Below the pieces are notes generated by a model. It ran no database searches and was not told where the DNA came from. It saw nothing but the letters and a program-made list of their open reading frames with translations. 10,461 nt of DNA from Clostridia bacterium (GTDB lineage Bacteria > Bacillota > Clostridia > RGIG6154): positions 1 through 10,461 of the forward strand of contig JAZNOU010000017.1 of NCBI GenBank assembly GCA_045589295.1, written 5' to 3'. Position numbers and translations under genes: made by a program. Shown piece by piece: positions 1 through 7,703 of this stretch; position 1 is the first letter of the stretch, and every line of letters starts with the position of its first letter.

Positions 1-135
1 ACCCGCGGGACCCATTTATGGGTAGTAAGTAGCAGTTGCATGGCTGGCAGGCCAATAAAAAACGCACTTGTGCGTCGCCAGTAGCATTAGGGCTATGCCC
101 GAAAATGAAAAACCACCCGCTATGCGGGTGGATAT
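1..135 (+). mobile_element. Right end of a probable IS200/IS605-family insertion sequence (tnpA 3' end plus hairpin-rich end), truncated by the window start
   Basis: 3..32 translates PRDPFMGSK*, resembling the DPF(T/M)GSK C-terminus I recall for Firmicute IS200-type TnpA. It is followed by ~100 nt of GC-richer DNA with hairpins ACGCAC-tt-GTGCGT (62-75), GGGC-tat-GCCC (90-100) and CCACCCGC-tat-GCGGGTGG (113-131). The exact end is not determined. Confidence 0.6.
101..131 (-). terminator. Intrinsic terminator-like hairpin downstream of the ABC ATPase gene (also the putative IS subterminal hairpin)
   Basis: 8-bp GC-rich stem 113-120/124-131. On the minus strand it is followed by TTTTTCATTTTC and lies 7 nt after the stop at 139. 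Confidence 0.7.
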
Positions 136-138
136 TTA

Positions 139-1251
139 TTAGTTAATAATTGTTTTTTCTGTTTCTTTATCAAAAATGTGAATTTTAGAAACATCAAATG
201 CGATTTTGATTTTGTCACCAGGTTGTGCAGTTGATCTTGGGTTAACACGAGCGTTAAACTGTGTTTCACCAATTTTCAAGAACAAATAAGTTTCAGCACC
301 CATAGGTTCTGTAACAACAACGTCTGCATCAAGTGGTGATTCTGAATTAGAAATGAATACTTCTTCATCGTGAATGTTTTCAGGTCTGATACCCATAATA
401 ACATCAGTTCCTTCAAAACCACTTGCTTCAAGCTGCTGAGCTTTAGCTTCTGTAAGTTTTACTTCACCACCGCCTGCTAAAACAAGGTATGTACCATCAG
501 CACGTTTGTCTATTTTAGCATCAGAGAAATTCATCTGTGGGCTGCCGATAAATCCTGCTACGAATACATTGCAAGGTTTTGAATAAAGTACCTGTGGTGA
601 ATCTACCTGCTGAACAACACCATCTTTCATAACAACAATTCTTGTACCCATTGTCAATGCTTCTGTCTGGTCGTGAGTAACATAAATGAATGTTGTGTTT
701 AGCTTTTTGTGAAGTTTGTTGATTTCGGTTCTCATCTGAACTCTGAGTTTAGCATCAAGGTTAGAGAGCGGTTCGTCCATTAAGAAAACTTTTGGTTCAC
801 GAACAATAGCACGACCTAATGCAACACGCTGTCTCTGACCGCCTGAAAGAGCAGCAGGTTTTCTATCTAAAAGATGTTCAATATCAAGAATACGAGCAGC
901 TTCCTGAACCTTTTCTTTAATAACATCTTTTGGAACTTTTCTTAATTTAAGACCAAAAGCCATGTTATCATAAACTGTCATATGTGGGTAAAGAGCATAG
1001 TTCTGGAAAACCATTGCTATATCTCTGTCTTTAGGTTCAATATCATTCATCAACTGACCGCCGATGTAGAGTTCGCCTTTAGAAATTTCTTCAAGACCTG
1101 CAATCATTCTGAGAGTAGTTGATTTGCCGCATCCTGAAGGACCAACTAAAATGATGAATTCTTTATCTTCAATATCCAAGTTGAAGTCACTAACAGCTGT
1201 AACATTGCCGTCATAAATTTTGTAAATATTTTTGAGTTGTAAATCTGCCAT
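139..1251 (-). CDS. msmX: Multiple-sugar ABC transporter ATP-binding protein (MsmX/MalK/UgpC family)
   Basis: Walker A GPSGCGKST, Q-loop VFQNYALYPHM, signature LSGGQRQRVA, Walker B FLMDEPLSNLD, H-loop VTHDQ and a C-terminal TOBE-like GIRPE region. Start placed at ATG 1251 (MADL), which follows AGAAAGGA; the ORF-track start at 1260 overlaps that RBS. No permease genes are adjacent, as is typical of shared MsmX ATPases. Confidence 0.93.
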   Translation of the reverse strand: MADLQLKNIYKIYDGNVTAVSDFNLDIEDKEFIILVGPSGCGKSTTLRMIAGLEEISKGELYIGGQLMNDIEPKDRDIAMVFQNYALYPHMTVYDNMAFGLKLRKVPKDVIKEKVQEAARILDIEHLLDRKPAALSGGQRQRVALGRAIVREPKVFLMDEPLSNLDAKLRVQMRTEINKLHKKLNTTFIYVTHDQTEALTMGTRIVVMKDGVVQQVDSPQVLYSKPCNVFVAGFIGSPQMNFSDAKIDKRADGTYLVLAGGGEVKLTEAKAQQLEASGFEGTDVIMGIRPENIHDEEVFISNSESPLDADVVVTEPMGAETYLFLKIGETQFNARVNPRSTAQPGDKIKIAFDVSKIHIFDKETEKTIIN

Positions 1252-1295
1252 TTGTAACATCCTTTCTTTATTTTACCAATTTTTTTACAAGTAAT

Positions 1296-1324
1296 ATTAT
1301 ACCATCATTCAAAGTGAATTTCAA
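1296..1324 (-). promoter_or_regulatory. Sigma-A promoter for the ABC ATPase gene
   Basis: Minus strand TTGAAA (1324-1319), 17-nt spacer, then TATAAT (1301-1296) preceded by TGG (extended -10). Confidence 0.7.
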
Positions 1325-1387
1325 ATGTATTTTTCAACAAAGTTTTTTGTTGATTTTGTACAAATTAACCAAACGATTAAAAAAAGA

Positions 1388-1416
1388 TTGAAAAAATTGT
1401 GCAAAAGCATTATAAT
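1388..1416 (+). promoter_or_regulatory. Sigma-A promoter for the radical SAM gene
   Basis: TTGAAA (1388-1393), 17-nt spacer, TATAAT (1411-1416). Confidence 0.65.
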
Positions 1417-1492
1417 TTAACAGTAAAATACAAGGTAAAGTTTACATTGGGTGCTGTTAAAATATTGATATTACTTAATAAGGAGTATAATT

Positions 1493-3076
1493 TTGAAGAA
1501 AAGGATTTTAGCTATAGCTGCAAATTCGAAATTTTCACATTCAAGTTTAGCACTTAGATATTTCAGAGAAAATTCAAAGTGTGATATTTTTGAATGCAGT
1601 ATTAACGATAATATTTTTGATGTGTATTCACATTTGTGTGAATTACCATATGAAATAATGTGTTTTTCAGTATATATTTGGAATGTTGAGTTTGTTTTAA
1701 AATTGTTACCAATGCTCAAAAATGCCAGACCAGATGTTAAAGTTATTCTTGGCGGACCAGAGGCAGGGTATAATTATATTGAATTACTGGAAAAATATTA
1801 TTTTATAGACGGAATTATATATGGGGAAGGAGAAAATGCACTTTTGGCTGTTGCGGAAGGAAAAAGTGAAAGTGAAATACCAAACTATATATATCGTAAT
1901 AATGTAGAAATTGTATGTAACGAAGTTAAAAAAGTAGATCTTGTAAAAATAAAATTCCCGTATACATATGATGATTTAAATGAACTAAAGAACAAAATAG
2001 TTTATTTTGAATCCTCAAGAGGATGCCTCTTTAATTGTTCATATTGCTTATCATCTTCTGAAGGTAAAACAAGATATTTTGATATGGAATATGTTAAAAA
2101 AGGAATAAAATTTTTTATTGATAATTCTGTACCGTTAGTTAAATTTGTTGATAGGACGTTCAATGAGAATAATGAGCGTGCCTGCGAAATTTTAAACTTT
2201 ATAGCTCAAAATAATAAAGGTACAAAATTTCATTTTGAAGTATCACCAATTTTGCTAACAAAAGAGTTTAAAGAAATTTTAGAGAAAACAAATGGTTTAG
2301 TACAACTTGAAATGGGGATTCAGACTACAAACATAGATGCGATGAAATGTATTAACAGGATGTATGATATTAAAAAAGTAAAAGAAAATTTGGATTTGTT
2401 TCCGCCGAATGTTCATATTCATCTTGATTTAATAGCAGGTTTGCCGATGGAAACATTACAGACCTTTAGAGATGGATTTAACTATGTTTATGCATTAACT
2501 CCAGATATGTTGCAACTTGGTTTTTTGAAATTACTTCATAATACCCGTCTAAAAAAAGATGCACAAAAGTATGGGATAGTAACTACAAATTTCCCGCCAT
2601 ACGAAGTGCTCTCAACTGACACAATGTCAGTTGAAGATATAATGTTGCTTAAGAAAATTGAAAATGCAGTGGATAAGTATTATAACAGCGGAGTGTTTTG
2701 CAAAACAATAAAGGCTTTAGCTCAAGAACCTTTTGAAATTTTTAAAAATATCGGTTTGGAATTATATCGGCGAGAAAAGAATGGTCCATTGTCAAGAACA
2801 GCGCTTTACGAACTTTTATATGATTTATATGGCGAAAAAATTAAAGTGCAGTTAGCGAATGATTTTGTTGTTAACAATCCTAATTTAAAAATTCCGGACA
2901 TACTTTTGTCAGAAAGTGATAAAAATGAAAATCTAAATTATTACAGAGAGAAAATTCTAAAATATGACGATTACAAAAATATAAAATTTAGGTTGGTTTC
3001 GGCTGGTGGGGAGATATTTATTATAAGCGGCAAAAATAAAGTTGAATCTTATGTAGAGTTTTGTAAAAGACATTAA
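1493..3076 (+). CDS. B12-binding-domain radical SAM protein (DUF4080-type C-terminal region)
   Basis: N-terminal B12-binding-like motifs (HSSLALRY, FSVYIWN, ILGGPE, GEGE), CxxxCxxC in SRGCLFNCSYC, then FVDRTFN, HFE, EMGIQT, HLDLIAGLP and LQLGFLKLL...PPYEVL. TTG start with RBS AAGGAG at 1480-1485. Confidence 0.88.
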   Translation: MKKRILAIAANSKFSHSSLALRYFRENSKCDIFECSINDNIFDVYSHLCELPYEIMCFSVYIWNVEFVLKLLPMLKNARPDVKVILGGPEAGYNYIELLEKYYFIDGIIYGEGENALLAVAEGKSESEIPNYIYRNNVEIVCNEVKKVDLVKIKFPYTYDDLNELKNKIVYFESSRGCLFNCSYCLSSSEGKTRYFDMEYVKKGIKFFIDNSVPLVKFVDRTFNENNERACEILNFIAQNNKGTKFHFEVSPILLTKEFKEILEKTNGLVQLEMGIQTTNIDAMKCINRMYDIKKVKENLDLFPPNVHIHLDLIAGLPMETLQTFRDGFNYVYALTPDMLQLGFLKLLHNTRLKKDAQKYGIVTTNFPPYEVLSTDTMSVEDIMLLKKIENAVDKYYNSGVFCKTIKALAQEPFEIFKNIGLELYRREKNGPLSRTALYELLYDLYGEKIKVQLANDFVVNNPNLKIPDILLSESDKNENLNYYREKILKYDDYKNIKFRLVSAGGEIFIISGKNKVESYVEFCKRH

Positions 3077-3114
3077 AATAAAACAAGCGGTGATTTTCAC
3101 CGCTTGTTTTATTT
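3076..3114. terminator. Bidirectional intrinsic terminator between the convergent radical SAM and PEPCK genes
   Basis: Perfect 18-bp inverted repeat AAATAAAACAAGCGGTGA-ttt-TCACCGCTTGTTTTATTT with T-runs on both strands, filling the gap between the two stop codons. Confidence 0.92.
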
Positions 3115-3118
3115 ATAA

Positions 3119-4885
3119 TTATTTTAAGTTGTTTTCAAGAATTTCAAGCTGTTTTGCAATTTCAGCAGGAAGTCTATCACCAAACTGGGCAAAATATTCT
3201 TTTTGATTAACAACGTCTTCCATCCAGATGTCTTTATCAACACTTAAAAGTTCTTTTAAAACTTCAGGTTTGAGATCTAAATCTGTTGTGTCAATTCCAC
3301 CTTCTTCTGGAAGATAACCGATTGCAGAATCTGTAGCGCCAACTTTACCTTCGCATCTATCAAGAATCCAGAGAAGAACACGCATGTTGTCTCCAAATCC
3401 AGGCCACATAAAGTTGCCATCTTCGTCCTGTCTAAACCAGTTAACATGGAAAATCTTAGGAGCTTTTTCTGGGTCGAGTTTGTTACCCATATCAATCCAG
3501 TGTGCAAAATAGTCAGCCATATTATAACCAACAAATGGTTTCATAGCCATTGGGTCACGTCTTACAACGCCAACCGCACCTGCAGCTGCAGCAGTTGTTT
3601 CAGAGGCCATTGTTGCACCAACGAATACACCATGTTCCCAATCTCTTGCCTGGTACACAAGGGGAGCAGTTTTAGCACGACGTCCACCAAACACAATAGC
3701 AGAAATCGGCACACCCTGCGGATTTTCAAATTCACTTGAAATACATGGGCAGTTTACAGCAGGAGCAGTAAATCTTGAGTTAGGATGAGCAAGTTTACCG
3801 TCAAATGTCTTGCCGTTAACAACTTTACCCGTCCATTCTGTGCAGTTTTCCGGAGGATTTTTATCCAAACCTTCCCACCAAACAGTATTATCATCATTGT
3901 TGATTGCAACATTTGTAAAAATAGTATTCTTCTTTGTTGCAGCCAATGCATTGAAGTTTGTTTTTTCGCTTGTTCCTGGAGCAACTCCAAAGAAACCAGC
4001 TTCTGGGTTAATGGCATAGAGTCTGCCGTCAGCACCGATCTTAAGCCAAGCAATGTCGTCACCAACAGTCCAAACTTTATAACCTTTTTTCTTAAGGTAT
4101 TCTGGTGGGATAAGCATAGCAAGGTTTGTTTTTCCGCAAGCAGATGGGAAAGCAGCGCAAATGTACTTAACCTCACCTTTAGGATTTTCAAGGCCCAAAA
4201 TGAGCATATGTTCAGCCATCCAACCTTCTTTCATGCCGAGGTAAGATGCAATTCTAAGCGCAAAACATTTTTTGCCGAGCAAAACGTTTCCACCGTATGC
4301 TGAGTTAATTGACCAAATTGTTGAATCCTGTGGGAACTGAACGATGTATCTTTCTTCAGGATCAACATCTTTTTTAGCGTGGAGACATTTAACAAAGTCT
4401 GCATCATCACCTAAAGCGTCAATAACAGCTTTTCCGACTCTTGTCATAATAGCCATATTTAAAACAACGTAGATGCTGTCTGTAAGCTCAATACCAATTT
4501 TTGAAAATGGTGAACCTACAGGACCCATTGAGTAGGGGATAACGTACATTGTTCTGCCCATCATAGAGCCTGTGTAAAGTTTTTTGAGTTTTGCGTACAT
4601 TTCAGCAGGGTCCATCCAGTTGTTAATAGGACCAGCCTCTTCTTTTGTAGGAGTACAGATAAATGTTCTGTCCTCTACACGAGCAACGTCATTTTCAGCA
4701 GTTCTGTGATAGTAGCAACCAGGTAATTTTTCCTGATTGAGTTTAATAATTTCGCCTGTAGCAACAGCTTCAGCGCGAAGTTCTTCAAGTTGCTGTTCGG
4801 AACCGTCAATCCAAACGATTTTGTCAGGTTTAGTCATTTCAGCCATTTCATTAAGCCAACTTAAAACAACCTTGTTATTTGTCAT
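3119..4885 (-). CDS. pckG: Phosphoenolpyruvate carboxykinase (GTP)
   Basis: Motifs DVARVE, YGGNVLLGKKCFALRIAS, WMAEHM, AAFPSACGKTN, VGDDIAW, NPEAGFFGVAPGT, AHPNSRF, RRDPMAM and VNWFR...WPGFGDNMRVL, all diagnostic of GTP-type PEPCK. RBS GGAGGA upstream. Confidence 0.96.
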   Translation of the reverse strand: MTNNKVVLSWLNEMAEMTKPDKIVWIDGSEQQLEELRAEAVATGEIIKLNQEKLPGCYYHRTAENDVARVEDRTFICTPTKEEAGPINNWMDPAEMYAKLKKLYTGSMMGRTMYVIPYSMGPVGSPFSKIGIELTDSIYVVLNMAIMTRVGKAVIDALGDDADFVKCLHAKKDVDPEERYIVQFPQDSTIWSINSAYGGNVLLGKKCFALRIASYLGMKEGWMAEHMLILGLENPKGEVKYICAAFPSACGKTNLAMLIPPEYLKKKGYKVWTVGDDIAWLKIGADGRLYAINPEAGFFGVAPGTSEKTNFNALAATKKNTIFTNVAINNDDNTVWWEGLDKNPPENCTEWTGKVVNGKTFDGKLAHPNSRFTAPAVNCPCISSEFENPQGVPISAIVFGGRRAKTAPLVYQARDWEHGVFVGATMASETTAAAAGAVGVVRRDPMAMKPFVGYNMADYFAHWIDMGNKLDPEKAPKIFHVNWFRQDEDGNFMWPGFGDNMRVLLWILDRCEGKVGATDSAIGYLPEEGGIDTTDLDLKPEVLKELLSVDKDIWMEDVVNQKEYFAQFGDRLPAEIAKQLEILENNLK

Positions 4886-4957
4886 AATTTATTCCTCCGT
4901 TTCATTGTTTACAATAATTGTGTGAATAAATTCAAATTTATCCACATTCTTTTTATT

Positions 4958-5827
4958 CTACTTAACATCTTGTTTTCCTTTATTTTTCTCCAAAAAATTA
5001 CAAACTTGCGAAAAATCTTCAATATCAAGTGCTTCACCACGAACGTTTTCGTTTTTACCAATGTGCATAAGAGTTGACTTTATTAAATCCTTGCTAAATT
5101 CAGGACAAGAGTTTGATATGGAGTTTACTAATGTTTTCCGCCTTTGGCCAAAGGCGGCTTTTATGATTCTGAAGAATAGTTTTTCATCAGAAACTTGAAC
5201 TCTTTTTTTGTCAAGAACGTCAAGCCTTACAACTGCAGATTCAACCTTAGGGGCAGGAATAAATGCACCTGCGGGTACTGTAAACATAATATTTGCATCT
5301 GCATGATAGCTAACTGCTAATGTTATAGCGCCATAATCTTTTGTATTAGCTTGAGCTGTAAGCCTTTGTGCAACCTCTTTTTGAATCATAATAACTATTG
5401 AAGAAATGTTTTCAGTTTTTTCAAGTATTTTCATAACAATTGGAGTAGTTATATAATAAGGAAGATTTGCAATAATTTTGACACTTTTATATTCTTTTGT
5501 AATAGTATTTAAATCAAATTTCAAAACATCATTATTGATTATTTCAATGTTTTCATATTCAGATGTTATATTTTTCAAAACCTTTGCTATATTGGAGTCT
5601 ATTTCAACCGCAAAAACTTTTAAGGCACGCTCTGCGATACGTGTTGTAAGAACTCCGAGACCGGGACCAATTTCTATAACAACATCTTCTTTTGTAATAT
5701 TACCTGCATGTACAATTGCATTCAAATAATGCTCGTCAAACAAAAAATTCTGACCTAATCCTTTGTGAAAAATCAATCCATTTTCGGTCATTATTTTTTT
5801 TATTTGTGCAGGAGAATTAATATGCAT
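4958..5827 (-). CDS. rsmA: 16S rRNA m6(2)A dimethyltransferase RsmA/KsgA
   Basis: Motifs KGLGQNFL, IEIGPGLGVLT, AVEID, IANLPYYITTP, MIQKEVAQRL, PAPKVESAVV and AAFGQRRKTL. Start placed at ATG 5827 because the ORF-track GTG at 5839 lies inside the RBS GAGGTG. Confidence 0.96.
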   Translation of the reverse strand: MHINSPAQIKKIMTENGLIFHKGLGQNFLFDEHYLNAIVHAGNITKEDVVIEIGPGLGVLTTRIAERALKVFAVEIDSNIAKVLKNITSEYENIEIINNDVLKFDLNTITKEYKSVKIIANLPYYITTPIVMKILEKTENISSIVIMIQKEVAQRLTAQANTKDYGAITLAVSYHADANIMFTVPAGAFIPAPKVESAVVRLDVLDKKRVQVSDEKLFFRIIKAAFGQRRKTLVNSISNSCPEFSKDLIKSTLMHIGKNENVRGEALDIEDFSQVCNFLEKNKGKQDVK

Positions 5828-5853
5828 TTGTAAAATCACCTCACATAAATAAA

Positions 5854-5882
5854 ATTATATCATAAAATAATCATAAATGCAA
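5854..5882 (-). promoter_or_regulatory. Sigma-A promoter for rsmA (possibly also pckG)
   Basis: Minus strand TTGCAT (5882-5877), 17-nt spacer, then TATAAT (5859-5854) preceded by TGA (extended -10). Confidence 0.7.
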
Positions 5883-5884
5883 AA

Positions 5885-5917
5885 TAAAAAATCCAACTCT
5901 TAAAGTTGGATTTTTTA
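5885..5917 (-). terminator. Intrinsic terminator-like inverted repeat (probably the original lysS terminator)
   Basis: 14-bp perfect inverted repeat TAAAAAATCCAACT-cttaa-AGTTGGATTTTTTA with T-runs on both strands, 3 nt after the TAA at 5921-5923. Confidence 0.8.
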
Positions 5918-5920
5918 AAA

Positions 5921-5952
5921 TTAATTTTTATCAAGTGGTTTCATTGTTGGGA
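5921..5952 (-). other. Displaced 3' end of lysS / putative attachment junction of the integrative element
   Basis: The minus strand TC CCA ACA ATG AAA CCA CTT GAT AAA AAT TAA encodes PTMKPLDKN*, matching the FPTMKP C-terminus of class II lysyl-tRNA synthetases. Upstream sequence is not LysS-like. It lies ~160 nt downstream of the integrase stop. Confidence 0.72.
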
Positions 5953-5978
5953 TTTCAATTCTTGTAATCATATAATTC

Positions 5979-6007
5979 ATTATAAGTCTTCATAACCCTT
6001 TTGTCAA
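5979..6007 (-). promoter_or_regulatory. Outward-facing consensus sigma-A promoter at the element end
   Basis: Minus strand TTGACA (6007-6002), 17-nt spacer, TATAAT (5984-5979). This is a perfect consensus. Confidence 0.75.
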
Positions 6008-6048
6008 GCCGCCCTTTTCTTTCTGTTCGTTGCGCAAGTCTTCATAAC
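5984..6048. repeat. 13-bp direct repeat AAGTCTTCATAAC x2 (candidate Xis or accessory-factor sites)
   Basis: Exact copies at 5984-5996 and 6036-6048, with a degenerate TCTCCATAAA at 6049-6058. They lie between the putative core and arm sites. Confidence 0.6.
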
Positions 6049-6070
6049 TCTCCATAAATTATGTTCCATT

Positions 6071-6099
6071 TGGCGTAAGTTATGGCGTAAATGGCGTAA
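6071..6099. repeat. Three direct copies of TGGCGTAA (candidate integrase arm-type binding sites)
   Basis: Copies at 6071-6078, 6083-6090 and 6092-6099, just downstream of the int stop codon, the usual position of arm sites. Confidence 0.7.
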
Positions 6100-6108
6100 G
6101 GTTGCATT

Positions 6109-7347
6109 TTATGTCCATGCAAACATGTTTTCTAATGCATTGACTTCCTGCCGCTTTTTCGCTTCGGTTACATGGGTATAAATCTCTAATGTTGTCTTGA
6201 TTTCTTTATGTCCCATGACATTTTGTATCACCGATAGATTTATATCCGCTTCACACAATCTTGTGGCGAATGTGTGCCTAAGGTTGTGGCAACTGAAGTT
6301 GGGGATTAAAACAGGATTTTCTTCTTTTAACAATGCTTCATCGTTGTAGTCACGGACAATTCTGCGAATTGCTTTGTTAACAGTTCCGTAGTGTTGCACA
6401 CTGCCGAAGCGATTGACAAATATGAAATCTGTGTAGCAATCAATCGTTACCTGACAGGTAATGCCTGTTTCTTCCTGATTTGCTTTTTCAAGGAGGAATG
6501 CTTCCTTTACAAAGTCCATCATCGGGATTTTGCGGTATCCCTTTTTCGTCTTCGGTGTGTTGATTGCGAACTTGCATTTCTTGCCTTTGCCTGTGCTGTA
6601 GTAAACAAGAGTGTGATTGATATCAATAACTCCTTCTTCCAGGTCAATATCGCACCATCTAAGCCCTGATACTTCACCAATTCGCATTCCGCTTCCGAAC
6701 ATTACAGCGAATAGAGGATACCAATGATTATACTGAGGCTTCCTTTTCAAAAAGTCCAGAAATAATCTTTGCTCATCTGCCGTTAATGCTTTTCGCTCTT
6801 TGATTTCGAAATCATGAGCTTGTTTCAGTTCTTTGAGCATCTTGTCAGTAGGGTTTGAGCGGATGCAGTTATCATCCACTGCTAAATCGAATATCTGATG
6901 CAATACATTGTGAATTGTATCGATGGTGGATATCGATAACATTCTTTCATCTGCGAGGGTGTTATAAAACCTTTTCACATCCGATTTCTTTACATCCGCA
7001 ATCCTATTCTTGCCGAAACTGTCTCTGACATAGTTGTTATACATGTATAGATAGTTTTTAAATGTGTTATCTTTCAGACCTCGTTTTAAGTCGCACCAGG
7101 TATCAAACACATTGTTAACTGTCAGCTTCTTTGTTTCGGTTTTGATTCCATCGTGTTCGTCAATCACAATTTCTTTTTCAAGCTCTCTGAGTTCTTCCAG
7201 AGTGGGTGCATATACAGCATGTCTTACTCCGTCAGGGCCAACCCATCTGTAATCGTATGTTCCGTTCTTTCTCTGTGATTCGCCCTTGCGAAGCACTCTT
7301 CGTTTGTTGTCAAATCGTTTGTTATTTTTACCTTTCTCTATATTCAT
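6109..7347 (-). CDS. int: Tyrosine recombinase/integrase, Tn916 Int-like
   Basis: N-terminal arm-binding domain RVLRKGESQRKNGTYDYRW. Catalytic residues in GMRIGE (R), PKT (K), HNLRH, MGH and IYTH (Y). ATG 7347 follows RBS AAGGAG (7359-7354). Confidence 0.95.
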   Translation of the reverse strand: MNIEKGKNNKRFDNKRRVLRKGESQRKNGTYDYRWVGPDGVRHAVYAPTLEELRELEKEIVIDEHDGIKTETKKLTVNNVFDTWCDLKRGLKDNTFKNYLYMYNNYVRDSFGKNRIADVKKSDVKRFYNTLADERMLSISTIDTIHNVLHQIFDLAVDDNCIRSNPTDKMLKELKQAHDFEIKERKALTADEQRLFLDFLKRKPQYNHWYPLFAVMFGSGMRIGEVSGLRWCDIDLEEGVIDINHTLVYYSTGKGKKCKFAINTPKTKKGYRKIPMMDFVKEAFLLEKANQEETGITCQVTIDCYTDFIFVNRFGSVQHYGTVNKAIRRIVRDYNDEALLKEENPVLIPNFSCHNLRHTFATRLCEADINLSVIQNVMGHKEIKTTLEIYTHVTEAKKRQEVNALENMFAWT

Positions 7348-7401
7348 AATTAACTCCTTCCTAATGGCTTGCACCGGAAGGAACCTTAACTATCGATATT
7401 C

Positions 7402-7430
7402 ATTATACTATATTTTAGCTGTGTAGTCCA
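7402..7430 (-). promoter_or_regulatory. Candidate int-specific promoter between xis and int
   Basis: Minus strand TGGACT (7430-7425), 17-nt spacer, TATAAT (7407-7402). Confidence 0.55.
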
Positions 7431-7471
7431 GGAATTTCAGTACAAGCCATTGTAAAATTTAATATAATTTT

Positions 7472-7666
7472 TCATATCGAGTATTGCTCCTCTATGTATT
7501 TAAGGAATTTATTTTTCTTGATAAGTCGTTTGGATCCAATCCATAATACAAAATCGCAATCCTCGTTATCGGTGAGGTCACGTAATTTCTGCTGTCCGAT
7601 ACTAAAATACGCTGCAGCTTCCTCTAAGGTTAAGTTTGCCTTTTCCCAAAAAGGAATTTCTTTCAT
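7472..7666 (-). CDS. xis: Excisionase, Tn916 Xis-like (64 aa)
   Basis: MKEIPFWEKANLTLEEAAAYFSIGQQKLRDL...VLWIGSKRLIKK fits the Tn916 Xis winged-helix pattern. It lies directly upstream of int, and ATG 7666 follows GGAAAGGTGG. Confidence 0.9.
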   Translation of the reverse strand: MKEIPFWEKANLTLEEAAAYFSIGQQKLRDLTDNEDCDFVLWIGSKRLIKKNKFLKYIEEQYSI

Positions 7667-7667
7667 A

Positions 7668-7703
7668 TCACGCACCCACCTTTCCGATTCTTGCAAATCT
7701 CAT
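7668..7703 (-). CDS. 11-aa micro-ORF MRFARIGKVGA (leader peptide or deletion remnant)
   Basis: Strong RBS GAAAGGAG 7 nt before ATG 7703. Its stop abuts the xis start (TGA-T-ATG). Confidence 0.35.
   Translation of the reverse strand: MRFARIGKVGA

Noticed and set aside
33-135. Hairpin-rich IS end as a TnpB omega-RNA
   Set aside because: The upstream peptide looks like a TnpA C-terminus, not TnpB, and no tnpB is visible in the window.
1471-1719. 82-aa minus-strand ORF
   Set aside because: Antisense to the well-supported radical SAM gene, with no recognisable motif.
3277-4925. Six short ORFs overlapping pckG (3277-3534, 3446-3739, 3754-4191, 3785-4303, 3810-4019, 4737-4925)
   Set aside because: Alternate-frame or antisense shadows of a conserved, codon-biased gene, with no motifs.
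5984-6099. Short repeats as a CRISPR array or iterons
   Set aside because: Repeats are only 8-13 bp, irregularly spaced, with no cas or rep gene. Their position next to int fits recombination sites.
5921-6108. tRNA gene or tRNA fragment as the integration site
   Set aside because: No T-loop (GTTCRA) or acceptor-stem pattern. The LysS-tail reading explains the junction better.
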